Below, in pieces: positions 37,701 to 49,022 of a DNA stretch of 64,000 nucleotides (the stretch's first letter is position 1; the number at the start of each line of letters is the position of its first letter). The stretch spans positions 256,001 to 320,000 of the forward strand of contig CAVQUB010000015.1 in assembly GCA_963716725.1 (NCBI GenBank), written 5' to 3'. The position numbers and the translations under genes were made by a program. The notes below the pieces were generated by a model. That model saw only the letters and a list, made by a program, of their open reading frames with translations. It made no database searches and had not been told where the DNA came from. The stretch is from an uncultured delta proteobacterium. Lineage in GTDB: Bacteria > Myxococcota_A > Polyangia > Polyangiales > Polyangiaceae.

Positions 37701-40110
37701 CCGCGCCGCCTACATCAGCGTGCTCCAGCTCGCGCCCGCTGATCCCGGAGCCCTCTTCGCTCTCGAGCGCATCGCGCTCGCCGCGGGCGACGACCAGCTG
37801 CTCACCCACGTCGATGCCAAGCTCGGAGCGACGCTCTCGTCTCCGACGCTAGCGGCAGTGCATCAAACTCGACTCGCGGAGGCCCTGGAAGCCATGGGCG
37901 ATCCGAGCGCGCTGGAGACCTTCCGGGCGGCCTTGGCCCGCGATCGCGACAACCTGGCGGCGGCGTTGGGCGTGACGCGCCTTGCAGAGCAGAGCGACGA
38001 TCCCGGCCTCCTGGGCGAGGCCGCCGAACTCGCGTTCCGGGTGCTGCTCGACAAACCCTTGGGCGCGGCCATCTTGGTCCGCGCGTCGAGCGCGCTGGGC
38101 GAGCGTGGTGATGTCGAGGGCGCCGTGATGGCCCTCGAGGCTGCGCTCGAGAAGCACCCCGACAGCGTGGAGGCCGCGGCCGAGTTGCGCCGAATCCTGC
38201 TCGGCCGGCGCGAGTTCGATCGCCTCTTCGACACTCTGTGCCAGGCGGCCCAGTGGGCGAGTGATCGCGAGCGCATGGCGGGGCTGTGGCTCGACGTCTC
38301 GGAGATCCTGGCCGACGAGAAGCGGGATGTGCCCGCGGCAATCGCCGCGCTGCACCGGACCCTCGAGCACCTTCCTCGGCATGTGTCGACGCTGATGCGC
38401 CTCGCGGATCTCTACGGTCGCGACAAGCAGTGGGCCGAGGCGGTCGACCGGCTCAAGCAGACCCTCGCCGCAAATCCGCCGCCCGAGATCGAGATCGCTG
38501 CGCACCTCATGCTGTCGCGGATCTTGAAGGACGAGCTGGGCGACGAAGCGCGGGCGCTGGTCAGCCTGGAGAGGGTGCTGGTCTTGCATTCGAAGAACCG
38601 CGAGGCGCTGACCCGCGTGCTGGAGATCCAGATGCGTCGCGAGCAGATGGACGCCGCGGCAGCTACTGCGGCGGAGCTGGTGTCCGTCGCGTCGTCCAAC
38701 AAAGAGCGCGCCGAGACGCTGGGTCTGCTCGCGCGACTGAACCGCCAGAGCAAGAACCTCGACGCGGCTGCCAACGCCTACGAACAAGCCGTGACACTGG
38801 TCGGGACCGAGGGCACGACCGCGGCCGAATTCAAGGACCTGCTGCTCGAGCAGAAGCTCTTGGGCGAAGACCCCCGCTGGGACTACTACGTCGGCGCTCT
38901 CAGCGGCTACTCGGATTCGCAGAGCGACCCGCGCAAGCGTTCGGAGATCCAGCTCGAGATCGCCCAAGTGCTGGCCGACGAGATGGAACTCGGCGAGCGG
39001 GCACTGCACACGCTGCAACGGGCGCTGGCCGCCGACGTCGAGAACTCGGCGCTGCGCACCGAACTGGCAAAACGCCTGCGGCTCGCCGGTCACTACCCCC
39101 AAGCGCTGATCGAGCTTCGACGGTTGCTCGAGGCGGACGTGACCAAGATCGAGACCTGGGGCGCTATTCTCGAGTGCTTCCAGGGCATGAAGCGCACGGA
39201 GGAGGCGTCGCTGGCCATGGCGCCGCTCGTGGCGCTGGGCTTCGCGAACGATCTGGAGCGTGCGACCGTCTCGTCGCGCCCGTCGCACTTTGCCCGGGCA
39301 CGCCCCCAGTCCTTCGACGACACCGCGTTTCGCGGAGTCGACGCCCGCGGTGCTGATCCAGCGCTGGCGGTGCTGGCGGCCATTTCCGAGAACCTCGGCA
39401 AGGTGCATCCGCCGGAGCTCGAGCGCTGGGGTGTCTCGACGCGTGACCGCATCAACTCGCGCTCGGGCCACCCGCTGAAGCAGCTCGCGGATCGCGTCGC
39501 GGCGGTGTTCGGACCCTTGGAGTTCGACCTCTACCTGCACCGTGCCCACCAAGGCGGGCTGGAAATCGAGCTCACCGATCCGCCCGGCATCCTGGTGCCC
39601 GCCCACGTCGCGAATCTGCGGGAGACCGAGCAGATCTTCTTGTTTGCGCGCCCGATTGCGCTGTTGGCGCGGGGCGCTCACGTGCTCGGTCGTCTCGCGC
39701 CCGCCGAGATCGCGCTGCTCCTGCTCTCCGCGTGCCGGATCCTCGACCCGAGCTTTGGCGCAGGGCTGGCGGACGAAGACTTCCTGCAGGCGCAGTCGAA
39801 ACGCGTGCAGAAGGCGCTCTCGCGTCGTGCGCGCCGGGCGCTGGAGGAAAGCGCCGCTCCGTTCATGACTGGCCCGAGGCTGGACTGGGAGCAGTGGGCC
39901 TTCGAACACCGGAAGATAGCCTCGCGCGTCGCCGCGCTCCTGGCCGACGAGCTTCCGTCTTCCATTGCGCTGGTGCGCCGCATGGAAGGCGATCTGGCGG
40001 GATTGCGTGGGGCGGCCTTGGCCCAGGGCATCAACCTGACCCACGACCTGCTGCGCTTCTGGGTCAGCGACGCGGCTTTCGCCCTGCGTCGACGCGTTGG
40101 GCTGCTCTGA
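34771..40110 (+). CDS. Giant tetratricopeptide-repeat protein with Pro-rich N-terminus (myxobacterial type)
   Basis: ~1780 aa; many A..Y..AL..DP..AL TPR units; ATG at 34771. Confidence 0.85.
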   Translation: MAADDASGSKKPPVQGKRSVPPPPRKAPPPQPPVGSNPKAAVPPPPPQRHPAGTSPATGGSVRVVPPPVAVGSATQTPKPAAAMAIPPPLPQSPSAQSPSAHSPAPHSPAPPPVAPPVAPPVHLKTDMGLGVAPVSETPVWAQRALRKLDAELARTSDPLRVGRLHFEIGRLYESPLGELASAADHYQKAYATCPDHLPTLRGARRVLCATKNFHGALPLFDAEARYLSEPSLKAQLFYEKGRTLEDHLAQKREARDAYAAAVDLDGQNATYLKALERVDTQAKAWDALDKTLERSANAVSSDARHRAALLVERARLVEARKSDSRTATELYNEALGFDPRAPAALEALKRLHYAHQRWRDLTFVLQREAEQASDVTVRGMAYYRMGRVLVDRLGHLDEGLSAFERAASELPHEPMVLEALARLYELSKRWDAIASVLERLSDLARSDSEKLGIQHRIGQIADERLNDEARAITWFSSALSLDPTYLPALQALGKIYTRRQQWAELIEMHLAEAGATADATRKAGAHGRVAAIYEERLGNIEHATAHHSRALGLVPGYASSFKALSRIFQQAGKWRELVELFERAVDEAKEPETKITYLFKIGRAWEDALGSPVHAMSAYKRVLDVSPNHVGAIHAVQRAAERAGRYKELVWALELEAEKATDKRQAVMLQHRAGEVYEDCLADVESAIARYKHVVELDCGYQPALSSLGRLFYAAGRWEDLLDTYKRELEVAAKGVASAALLYKMGELSEERIGNDDDAIGYYRRAIDADPFHQPALHALGRKLAERGQWPELVKVIELELSGLKDPAERARAAFHLGEVYENRLSQADRALAAYEQALVAVPEFRPAADGRSRLLTLARDYKRLAEDLAREVSSASDPVVAMVALFRQGELFRDELGDTRRAIESFEGVLSRDPSHLGALLALEPLYTEVGAWEPLARIFATEARVLTDSGARVAALKELARLEEIRGVGKPEEIRAAYISVLQLAPADPGALFALERIALAAGDDQLLTHVDAKLGATLSSPTLAAVHQTRLAEALEAMGDPSALETFRAALARDRDNLAAALGVTRLAEQSDDPGLLGEAAELAFRVLLDKPLGAAILVRASSALGERGDVEGAVMALEAALEKHPDSVEAAAELRRILLGRREFDRLFDTLCQAAQWASDRERMAGLWLDVSEILADEKRDVPAAIAALHRTLEHLPRHVSTLMRLADLYGRDKQWAEAVDRLKQTLAANPPPEIEIAAHLMLSRILKDELGDEARALVSLERVLVLHSKNREALTRVLEIQMRREQMDAAAATAAELVSVASSNKERAETLGLLARLNRQSKNLDAAANAYEQAVTLVGTEGTTAAEFKDLLLEQKLLGEDPRWDYYVGALSGYSDSQSDPRKRSEIQLEIAQVLADEMELGERALHTLQRALAADVENSALRTELAKRLRLAGHYPQALIELRRLLEADVTKIETWGAILECFQGMKRTEEASLAMAPLVALGFANDLERATVSSRPSHFARARPQSFDDTAFRGVDARGADPALAVLAAISENLGKVHPPELERWGVSTRDRINSRSGHPLKQLADRVAAVFGPLEFDLYLHRAHQGGLEIELTDPPGILVPAHVANLRETEQIFLFARPIALLARGAHVLGRLAPAEIALLLLSACRILDPSFGAGLADEDFLQAQSKRVQKALSRRARRALEESAAPFMTGPRLDWEQWAFEHRKIASRVAALLADELPSSIALVRRMEGDLAGLRGAALAQGINLTHDLLRFWVSDAAFALRRRVGLL

Positions 40111-40199
40111 ACTCCGGTCTTGCCTGCCGAAAGCGCCAGGCCCGCAGCGAGAGTGCGCTCGGCCTTTCGAGCTGACGACGGTTCGGCTACACCCGGGTC

Positions 40200-42224
<2,025 letters not shown>

Positions 42225-42293
42225 AGTCCGCGACCCTGCAATCCATCGAGCCGCGGGACGACGTCGCCATGGCAGGCATCGTTCGCCCTCGCG

Positions 42294-42653
42294 CTAGGAC
42301 AACGCAAACAGCGCGGTCGATGCGATGGCTAGGACCCAGGCCCAAGCGGCGATGAGTCGTCCCCGGCCCTGGACCGACGCCTGCTCAGCCGGGTCGATGA
42401 TGGGCTCGAGTCCCTGGTCGGTTTCGCGCAGACCGCGCGACGCCTTGTAGCTTCAAGTGCCGTAAAGCCCTTGCAGAAAGCCGCGGGCCGACAGCGCGAA
42501 GGGCAAGATCAACAGCAGGCGCCAGGCCCAATGCACGCCAGTCTTGGCCAAGACGGTCGCCGCCAGGAGCGTGCCGGCCAGCGCAAATACGCCGATGCCC
42601 AGGTCGCGGGCCCGGCAGGTGGGGCTCAGATTGGTCACCGCGGTCGATTCCAT
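42294..42653 (-). CDS. Small membrane protein with in-frame UGA at codon 67; candidate selenoprotein (119 aa)
   Basis: Frame stays open for 52 codons past TGA (42453-42455) to TAG at 42294, giving ..GFLQGLYGT-U-SYKASRGLRETDQG..WAWVLAIASTALFALS; SECIS-like hairpin 12 nt after the UGA. Confidence 0.7.
42424..42440 (-). promoter_or_regulatory. Putative bacterial SECIS hairpin UCGCGC-GGUCU-GCGCGA
   Basis: 6-bp stem with G-first apical loop, starting 12 nt 3' of the UGA; resembles the E. coli fdhF SECIS apex GCAGGUCUGC. Confidence 0.6.
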
Positions 42654-42749
42654 GGTGGGGCCGATGTACTAAGCCTAGCGAATTGTGCCGCTGGCGTCAG
42701 TGGCAGGCTCGAGCTTTCGACCGTGACCGTTGTTGATTCCAAGTCTGCC

Positions 42750-45461
42750 GTGCGGTTGTCCCTGGTGGACGTGCGGGCCGGCGAGCGTCGACCGCTGCTG
42801 GCGGCAGCGGGGACCCTCTTCGGGCTGGTCGCTGCCCACTCCCTGCTGGAGACCGCGCGGGACGCCCTGTTCCTCGACCAGCTCGCGCCCACCCGGCTGC
42901 CGATCGTCTACCTGATCGTCGCGGTGCTGGGCTTTGGGCTCACGGATCTGAACGCGCGCTTCATTCGCCGCTTCGGCCGCCGCAACGCCTTGGTCGTGAC
43001 GCTGGCCCTCTACGCGATGGGCACGACCTGGTTCAATTTCCGGCCGCTGACGCCCGCCCTCGCCATGGGGCTCTACGTCTGGAGCGCCCTGGCAGGTTCG
43101 CTGGGCGTCGTTCAGTTCTGGTTGTTCGCGAGCGAGGCGTTCACGTCGGCGCAGAGCAAGCGCTTCTTCCCGGCCATCTCTGCCGGCGGCGTGCTCGGGG
43201 CCGTGGTGGGCTCGGGCATCGCCGTCGTGCTGCTCTCGCTGCTCCCGGTCGGCAGCTTGCTGCTCGTCGCCGCGGGGCTGGCGCTCGGGACCGCCTTGCT
43301 TGTCGCCCAGAGCGCCGAGCCCGACGCGACGCTACCCGCGGAGCGGGCCCCCAAGCCCGCGCTCAGCGGCGGTCTTGGGCTGTTGTCGAGCGACAGATAC
43401 CTGCTGCGCGTCGCGGTCCTGGTCGTCACCTCGACGCTCGCGGTCCTGACCTTGGACTACCTGTTCAAGAGCACGGCTGCGGCGCGCTTCCCGAAATCGG
43501 AGCTCGGACCGTTTTTTGCTCGCTACTACGGCGCGGCGAACACCGCGGCGCTCGCCGTGCAGTTGCTCGTGGCCGGCCGCATGTTGCGACGCTTCGGCGT
43601 GGCGACGGCGCTGGCGGTACTGCCGATCTGCCTCGTTGCGGGCTCCGCCGGCCTCCTGCTGATGGGCGGCAGCTTCGCTGTGTTGCTCCTGACCAAGGGC
43701 GCTGACGGTGCGCTCCGTCACTCCCTGCACCGGGTTTCCTCCGAGCTCTTGTACCTGCCGCTGGAACCCGCGCTGCGCGATCGAGCCAAGCCGCTGGTGG
43801 ACTCGGTGCTCGCTCGCTCAGCTCAGGCGGTCGGCGCCGGCGTGCTCCTGGTGCTCGCGAGCTTCGGTCTGGGCACGGTCGTCGTGCTGAGCGGGGTCGT
43901 GATCGCCCTGGCGTTGGTCTGGGTAGTCGCTGCCGCGTCGATTCGACGGCCCTACCTGGATCTCTTCCGTCAATCCTTGGGTCGGGGCGACGAGAGCGCC
44001 AGAGTGTCGCTCGAAGATTTGGATTTGGCCGCCGCGGAGACCGTGATCGAGGCCCTGTCGAGCCCCGAGTCTGCGCGGGCGCTGGCCGCCATGAACTTGC
44101 TCGCAGATGCAAAACGCTCGCGGTTGATACCAGCGCTCATTCTTTTTCACGATCGCGAAGAGGTGCTGCTGCGCGCCCTGGAGGTCGTCCCCGACGCGCA
44201 TCGCGCGGACTGGGTGCCGCTCGCTCGACGCTTGCTCGATCACGTTTCCCCTCGGGTCGTCGCCGCGGCAGCGCGCGCGCTCGGCCGCTTCGGCAAGCTG
44301 CCCGCCGAAGCGCACCCGACCGGGGCCTTGCGCGCCTTCATCACGATCGAGCGACTGAGCCGCGACTCCCCGGTGGTCGCCGAAGAGGATCCCGACGTCG
44401 CCGCCATGCTGGAGGGCGCGTCGCCCGAGTGCAGCAGCGCCCGGGCAGCTCTCGCCAACGCCATCGCGGATACCAGAGACTTGCGCTTTTCGGGGCTGGC
44501 TCAGCGTCTCTCCCGGGACGCGGATCCAGAGGTGGCCGGGCTCGCCATCGCTGCGCTCGGCCAGATCCAAGACGCCGACAGCCTGCCCTTCTTGGTCGGG
44601 CTCTTGGCGGACGCGAAGCACCGCGCGACCGCGGTCCAGTCCCTGGCGCCCTTCGGAGACCGGGCGGTCGACGCGCTGGCGAAGGCCCTCATCGATCCGG
44701 CCGCTCCGGCCCGCGTTCGTCGCGAAGCGCCGCGCGCCCTCGCTGAGGTCGGCAGCGAAGGGGCAGGTCTGGTGCTGTTCGACGCGCTGGTGTCGGATAT
44801 CCCGGGCCTCGTCCGCTATCGCGTCCTGCGGGCGCTCGGCACAATGGTGCGCAAGCGTGCGATCCGGGTCGATCGCGATGGCATCGAGCCCGAGCTCAGG
44901 CGCAACCTGCTGGAGTGTCTCCGCTTTGCTTCCCTCGAGGTTGCTTTCGAAGAAGGCGAGCCGGCGCCGGAGCGTGCGCGGGCGAGCCATCGCTTGCTCC
45001 GTGGCCTGATCCACGACAAGCAGCGGCAGGCACGGGAGCGCGCCTTTCGAATCCTGCAAATGCTCCACCCGAATGAGGACTTCCGCAGCGTCTACTTCTC
45101 TCTCGAGTCGGACGACAAGCGGCTGCGAGCCCATGCCCTCGAGTTCGTCGAGGCGCTGACCCTGAACGCCAAGGACGAGCTGCGGGAGCTCTTGCGTTGG
45201 GTCATCGATGACCTCTCGCCGCGGGAACGCGTCGAGCGCGCCGGGGCCTTTCTGGAAGGTCGCCCGCGGATCCGGGACGAAGCACTGGCGGCCATGCTCG
45301 CCGATCCCGACGACGCCCTCGCCACCCTCGCGGCCTACCACGTCCGCGCGCTCGCCCTCGCCGAGCTCGATGGCGAGGCCGAAGCGGTGTTCAGCCAACG
45401 CCGCTGGGTGCCCCTCGAGACCATGCCGCCGCCGCTGCTCGATGGAGAGATTCGTGGCTGA
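42750..45461 (+). CDS. Npt1/TLC-like MFS transporter fused to HEAT repeats
   Basis: LLETARDALFL, QFW..F...QSKRFF, LRHSLH...ELLYLPL; ~12 hydrophobic segments followed by HEAT-like repeats; start uncertain (42723/42750). Confidence 0.82.
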   Translation: MRLSLVDVRAGERRPLLAAAGTLFGLVAAHSLLETARDALFLDQLAPTRLPIVYLIVAVLGFGLTDLNARFIRRFGRRNALVVTLALYAMGTTWFNFRPLTPALAMGLYVWSALAGSLGVVQFWLFASEAFTSAQSKRFFPAISAGGVLGAVVGSGIAVVLLSLLPVGSLLLVAAGLALGTALLVAQSAEPDATLPAERAPKPALSGGLGLLSSDRYLLRVAVLVVTSTLAVLTLDYLFKSTAAARFPKSELGPFFARYYGAANTAALAVQLLVAGRMLRRFGVATALAVLPICLVAGSAGLLLMGGSFAVLLLTKGADGALRHSLHRVSSELLYLPLEPALRDRAKPLVDSVLARSAQAVGAGVLLVLASFGLGTVVVLSGVVIALALVWVVAAASIRRPYLDLFRQSLGRGDESARVSLEDLDLAAAETVIEALSSPESARALAAMNLLADAKRSRLIPALILFHDREEVLLRALEVVPDAHRADWVPLARRLLDHVSPRVVAAAARALGRFGKLPAEAHPTGALRAFITIERLSRDSPVVAEEDPDVAAMLEGASPECSSARAALANAIADTRDLRFSGLAQRLSRDADPEVAGLAIAALGQIQDADSLPFLVGLLADAKHRATAVQSLAPFGDRAVDALAKALIDPAAPARVRREAPRALAEVGSEGAGLVLFDALVSDIPGLVRYRVLRALGTMVRKRAIRVDRDGIEPELRRNLLECLRFASLEVAFEEGEPAPERARASHRLLRGLIHDKQRQARERAFRILQMLHPNEDFRSVYFSLESDDKRLRAHALEFVEALTLNAKDELRELLRWVIDDLSPRERVERAGAFLEGRPRIRDEALAAMLADPDDALATLAAYHVRALALAELDGEAEAVFSQRRWVPLETMPPPLLDGEIRG

Positions 45462-46389
45462 GAGCATCGTCAAGCGCGTCGAATATTCGCTCTTCTTGCG
45501 CACTCTCTTCGGCGGGCGTCGCTCCGGCGTGGCGGTCGAGCGGGTGGCGACGCTGATGCGCGATGTCTACTTCGACGCCGGTCAGGTCATCTACCGGCGG
45601 GCCGAGGCGAGCACGCACATCTACTTCATCGTCTCGGGGCAGATCGTGCTCGATGCACCAGGGCTCGCTCCGTGGACCTTCGGGCCACGGGACGGCGTGG
45701 GCTTCCTCGACGCCATGCAGGACGCACCGCACGCTCGCACCGCCCGCGCGGCCACCGACGTGCACGCCTTGGCCTTCTCGGTGGAGGACTGGTTCGACGT
45801 CCTGGAAGGTCACCCCGAGCTCGGCCGCGGCGCGCTCTTGGATCACGCAGATTCAGTCGCGAAGATGATCGAGGTGATCGGCGTCGCTCGAGCGTTTCCC
45901 GGCGGACACGCTCCCGTCCCGGCGGATCTCCGGCGCCCTCCGGGGTTGGTCGAGCGCATGCTCGCGCTGACCGACTCGCCGATCTTCGCCCGAGCGGGGA
46001 TCCAGGCGGTGGCGGTCCTGGCGCAGCGGGCCCGGCCTGTGGCGCTGCACGAAGGCGCAGAGATCGTGCGCGAAGGCGCGCCGCGCGACCATCGGCTCTG
46101 GCTAGTGGGGCAGGGCGAAGTCGCGCTGCGTCGCTCCGAGGAGAGCGAAGCGGGGCGCGTTGGCCCCGGCGCCTTGGTCGGTGGGTTGGCGGTCATGGCG
46201 CGCGACGATCAGAGCGCCACGCTGAGTGCGGCGACCGACACGGTGGCGCTCGAATTCAGCGAATACGACCTCATGGACGTCATGGACGATCACTTCGACT
46301 TCTCCAAGGCGATCTTCGCCTACATGGCGCGAGAGCGCGGGCGGCTGATGGAGATCGTGGCGCAAGGGCGGGCGCCGATCAGCAGCTGA
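45454..46389 (+). CDS. Tandem cyclic-nucleotide-binding domain protein
   Basis: FDAGQVIYR..IYFIVSG..G..RTARA and GAEIVREG..LWLVGQGEV..GPGALVG; overlaps the transporter stop. Confidence 0.82.
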   Translation: MAESIVKRVEYSLFLRTLFGGRRSGVAVERVATLMRDVYFDAGQVIYRRAEASTHIYFIVSGQIVLDAPGLAPWTFGPRDGVGFLDAMQDAPHARTARAATDVHALAFSVEDWFDVLEGHPELGRGALLDHADSVAKMIEVIGVARAFPGGHAPVPADLRRPPGLVERMLALTDSPIFARAGIQAVAVLAQRARPVALHEGAEIVREGAPRDHRLWLVGQGEVALRRSEESEAGRVGPGALVGGLAVMARDDQSATLSAATDTVALEFSEYDLMDVMDDHFDFSKAIFAYMARERGRLMEIVAQGRAPISS

Positions 46390-48076
46390 AGACCTGCCAC
46401 TCGAAGATCACCGGATTGGACTTCTGCCCGGTGCTGCTGGTGGCGTGGACGCCGTAGATGCGGATCTTGGTGGTGCTGACCGCGGTCGGGAAGGTGTAGC
46501 TCCAGTCATTGGTCTTGGCGGAGACCGTTCCGGAGGTCACCCAGGAGCTCCCGCTCCAGTACTGCACGGTGCCGCCGGCCAGTGAGCGACCGGAGCTGGT
46601 GCAGGTCGCGCTGGTGGACAGCGCGGTGTCGATGCTGAAGCGCTTCACGGTCTTGGCGCTCGTCCAGCCGTATTCGATCCAGGCCGTGCCGGGGGAGCTG
46701 CCTGCCGACACCCAGTGGAACTTTTGCGTGGAGCACGACGCCTCGAGGTAGCCGTCGTTCATCTTGTCGGGGCCGACGTTGTTGGGGGTCGTGCCGCCGC
46801 CGCTCGAGGTCGCCGTCGCCGTGGTCGCGATGTTGGTCGTGGGGTTGCAGGTCGAGATGCAGCTGCCCGCCTGGCAGGTCTGCCCCGAGGTGCAGGCGTG
46901 GCCGCAGGTGCCGCAGTGGCTGTTGTCGGTGCCGGTGTTGACGCAGAGGGTCCCGCACTTGGTCTGCCCCGACGGGCACACCAACGTGCAAATCCCGGTC
47001 TGACAAACGTTCCCGGAGGGGCACTTGTTCGAGCAAGTGCCGCAATTGTTGGGGTCGTTCTTGGTGTCGACGCAGATCGTCCCGCACTTGGTCTGCGTCG
47101 GTGGGCAGACGAGCGTGCAGGTGCCCGAGAGGCAGGTCAGGCCCGAGCCGCAGGCGTTGGTGCAGGTGCCGCAGTTGTTGGGGTCCACCTCGGTGTCCAC
47201 ACAGGTGTCGCTGCAGTTCGTGGTTCCGCCGCTGCACACCACCGTGCATTTGCTCGCGACGCAGCTCTTGCCGTTCGGGCACGGGGATCCGCAGGCGCCG
47301 CAATTCGCGGGATCTTGGGTCAGGTCGGCGCACTTGCTTCCGCATTTGGTGAGCCCGCCTGAGCACACCAGGCCGCATTGCCCCGACTGGCAGGCCTCAC
47401 CTGTGGCACAGGGCTTGTTGCACGCGCCGCAGTGGGCGGGATGGACCGACGTATCGACGCACTTGCCGGCGCAGTTCGTGGATCCGCCGGAGCAGACCAC
47501 GCCGCACTGTCCCTGCGAGCAGAGCTCGCCCGTCGCGCAGGCCTTGTCGCACTGCCCGCAATTTTTGGGATCGACCTCGAGGTCGACGCACTTGCCGGCC
47601 TGTCCCGAGCTCGAACAGTTGACGGTTCCGCCGAGACAGTCGGCGGCGCACACGCCCAGCGTGCACACCTGACCGACGGCGCAGATGTTCCCGCAGGTCC
47701 CGCAGTTGGCTGGATCGGCCTGCAAGTCGGCGCACTTGTCGCCGCAACTGGTGGTGCCACCGTTGCACTGCGCCCCGCACTTGCCTTGGGAGCAGAGCTG
47801 CCCGCTGGGGCACGCTTGGTCGCAGGAGCCGCAGTGCTCGGTCGCCGTCATCGGATCGGCGCAGACGCTGCCGCACTGCAGGTTGGGCGGCGCGCAAGGC
47901 CAGCCGCCGCCATCGCCGCCAGTGCCGACGCCACCGCCGACGCCACCGACGCCACCGCCACCGCCACCGCCACCGCCACCGCCACCGCTGCCGGGCAGAT
48001 CCGTGTCCGCGGTGCCAGCTGCGCAGCCGAGCAAGAGAGCAATGGACAGGAACGCCGCGGGTCCAAGTAAGCGCAT
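46379..48076 (-). CDS. Cys-rich repeat lipoprotein (8 x CxD...DPxNCGxCxxxC) with C-terminal discoidin/F5-8-like domain
   Basis: Lipobox LLG-C, poly-Gly linker, eight ~42-aa Cys repeats, C-terminal WIEYGW..VQYWSGSSWV..KIRI. Confidence 0.85.
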   Translation of the reverse strand: MRLLGPAAFLSIALLLGCAAGTADTDLPGSGGGGGGGGGGGGVGGVGGGVGTGGDGGGWPCAPPNLQCGSVCADPMTATEHCGSCDQACPSGQLCSQGKCGAQCNGGTTSCGDKCADLQADPANCGTCGNICAVGQVCTLGVCAADCLGGTVNCSSSGQAGKCVDLEVDPKNCGQCDKACATGELCSQGQCGVVCSGGSTNCAGKCVDTSVHPAHCGACNKPCATGEACQSGQCGLVCSGGLTKCGSKCADLTQDPANCGACGSPCPNGKSCVASKCTVVCSGGTTNCSDTCVDTEVDPNNCGTCTNACGSGLTCLSGTCTLVCPPTQTKCGTICVDTKNDPNNCGTCSNKCPSGNVCQTGICTLVCPSGQTKCGTLCVNTGTDNSHCGTCGHACTSGQTCQAGSCISTCNPTTNIATTATATSSGGGTTPNNVGPDKMNDGYLEASCSTQKFHWVSAGSSPGTAWIEYGWTSAKTVKRFSIDTALSTSATCTSSGRSLAGGTVQYWSGSSWVTSGTVSAKTNDWSYTFPTAVSTTKIRIYGVHATSSTGQKSNPVIFEWQVFSC

Positions 48077-48109
48077 TGCCCCGAGCTTACCCCATCTTTC
48101 GCCTCGCCT

Positions 48110-48534
48110 CTAGCGAGCGCGGGCCATCAGCGAGCCCCCATCTTTACCTACACCCTGATTCGTCCAGAACACGCAGGCTTCATCCACCACGACGCCACGC
48201 GGGATCTCGAATCCAGTAGCGAGCGTCTCGATCTGCCCACCCGCCCGCGGGATGCGCGCGAGGCGCCCGTCGGTGGTCGCTCCGCCCTCGACCCAATAGA
48301 GGTGCGGTCCCGCCAGCGCGATACCGTGGGCGAAGGTCGCCGTCGTGAGGGTCTCGCGAGGGCCACCAGAGCGCGGAACGCGTCCGACCTCGGCGTTCAT
48401 CGCGTAGTACACGTGGGTGTCGTCGAGCTCGAGGTCGTTGCCGTTCGCCGCGGACAGGGGCGTCACCAGCTGCGGAGCCGCGGTCGTCGCGGGCACGTAG
48501 CGCCAGATTGCGGGCCGCGCCCGCTCATCGAACA
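48110..48534 (-). pseudogene. C-terminal fragment of a beta-propeller (YWTD/DUF5050-like) protein
   Basis: DDTHVYY, GPHLYW, DEACVFWTN blades; no signal peptide or N-terminal part; abuts the upstream gene stop. Confidence 0.45.
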
Positions 48535-49022
48535 CAGCGGTGCGACGAGCACCGCAGGCCGGAGCCCTTGCCGCAGTCGGAGTCGAAGTTGCACGTGCCA
48601 TAGGTGCTGTTCGCGCAGCGCTGGCTGCTGCATTTCGCGCCGCCGCAGTCGGAGTCGAAGTTGCACCTGCCCACCGTCGGCACGCAGGAGCCCGACTGGC
48701 ACATCGTCCCGCTCTTGCAGTCCGTGTCGCGCTGACACCCGCCGGTGTTGGCAGGCGCCAATCCCCAAGTGGCGGAGGTCGGGGTGGCGCAGGATGAGCC
48801 GTTGGAGGGAGCGGGCGTCGATGCTCGGGGGGGCGGCGCGGGCGAGTATCCCGCCGCTAGCCCGGACTGCGGCGGCATGCCCTGCGGTGGGGGCGCCGGG
48901 TAGGCGTAGGGGCGGTGGCTGCTGCGCTCCGAGCACGCCGCGAACGCCACCAGCGCGAGCGACGCCAGCATCAGTGCGGCAAGAGGCCGAGCGGCGGAGC
49001 ACCTCTTGGCGTTACGGATCAT
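48525..49022 (-). CDS. Small Cys-rich lipoprotein
   Basis: Lipobox FAA-C, Pro-rich linker, three C(N/Q)xDxDC..C..C units. Confidence 0.65.
   Translation of the reverse strand: MIRNAKRCSAARPLAALMLASLALVAFAACSERSSHRPYAYPAPPPQGMPPQSGLAAGYSPAPPPRASTPAPSNGSSCATPTSATWGLAPANTGGCQRDTDCKSGTMCQSGSCVPTVGRCNFDSDCGGAKCSSQRCANSTYGTCNFDSDCGKGSGLRCSSHRCVR

Noticed and set aside
47920..47995. GCCACC microsatellite-like run (similar runs near 29400-29535 and 54000-54150)
   Set aside because: Encodes ordinary Gly-rich linkers of myxobacterial lipoproteins
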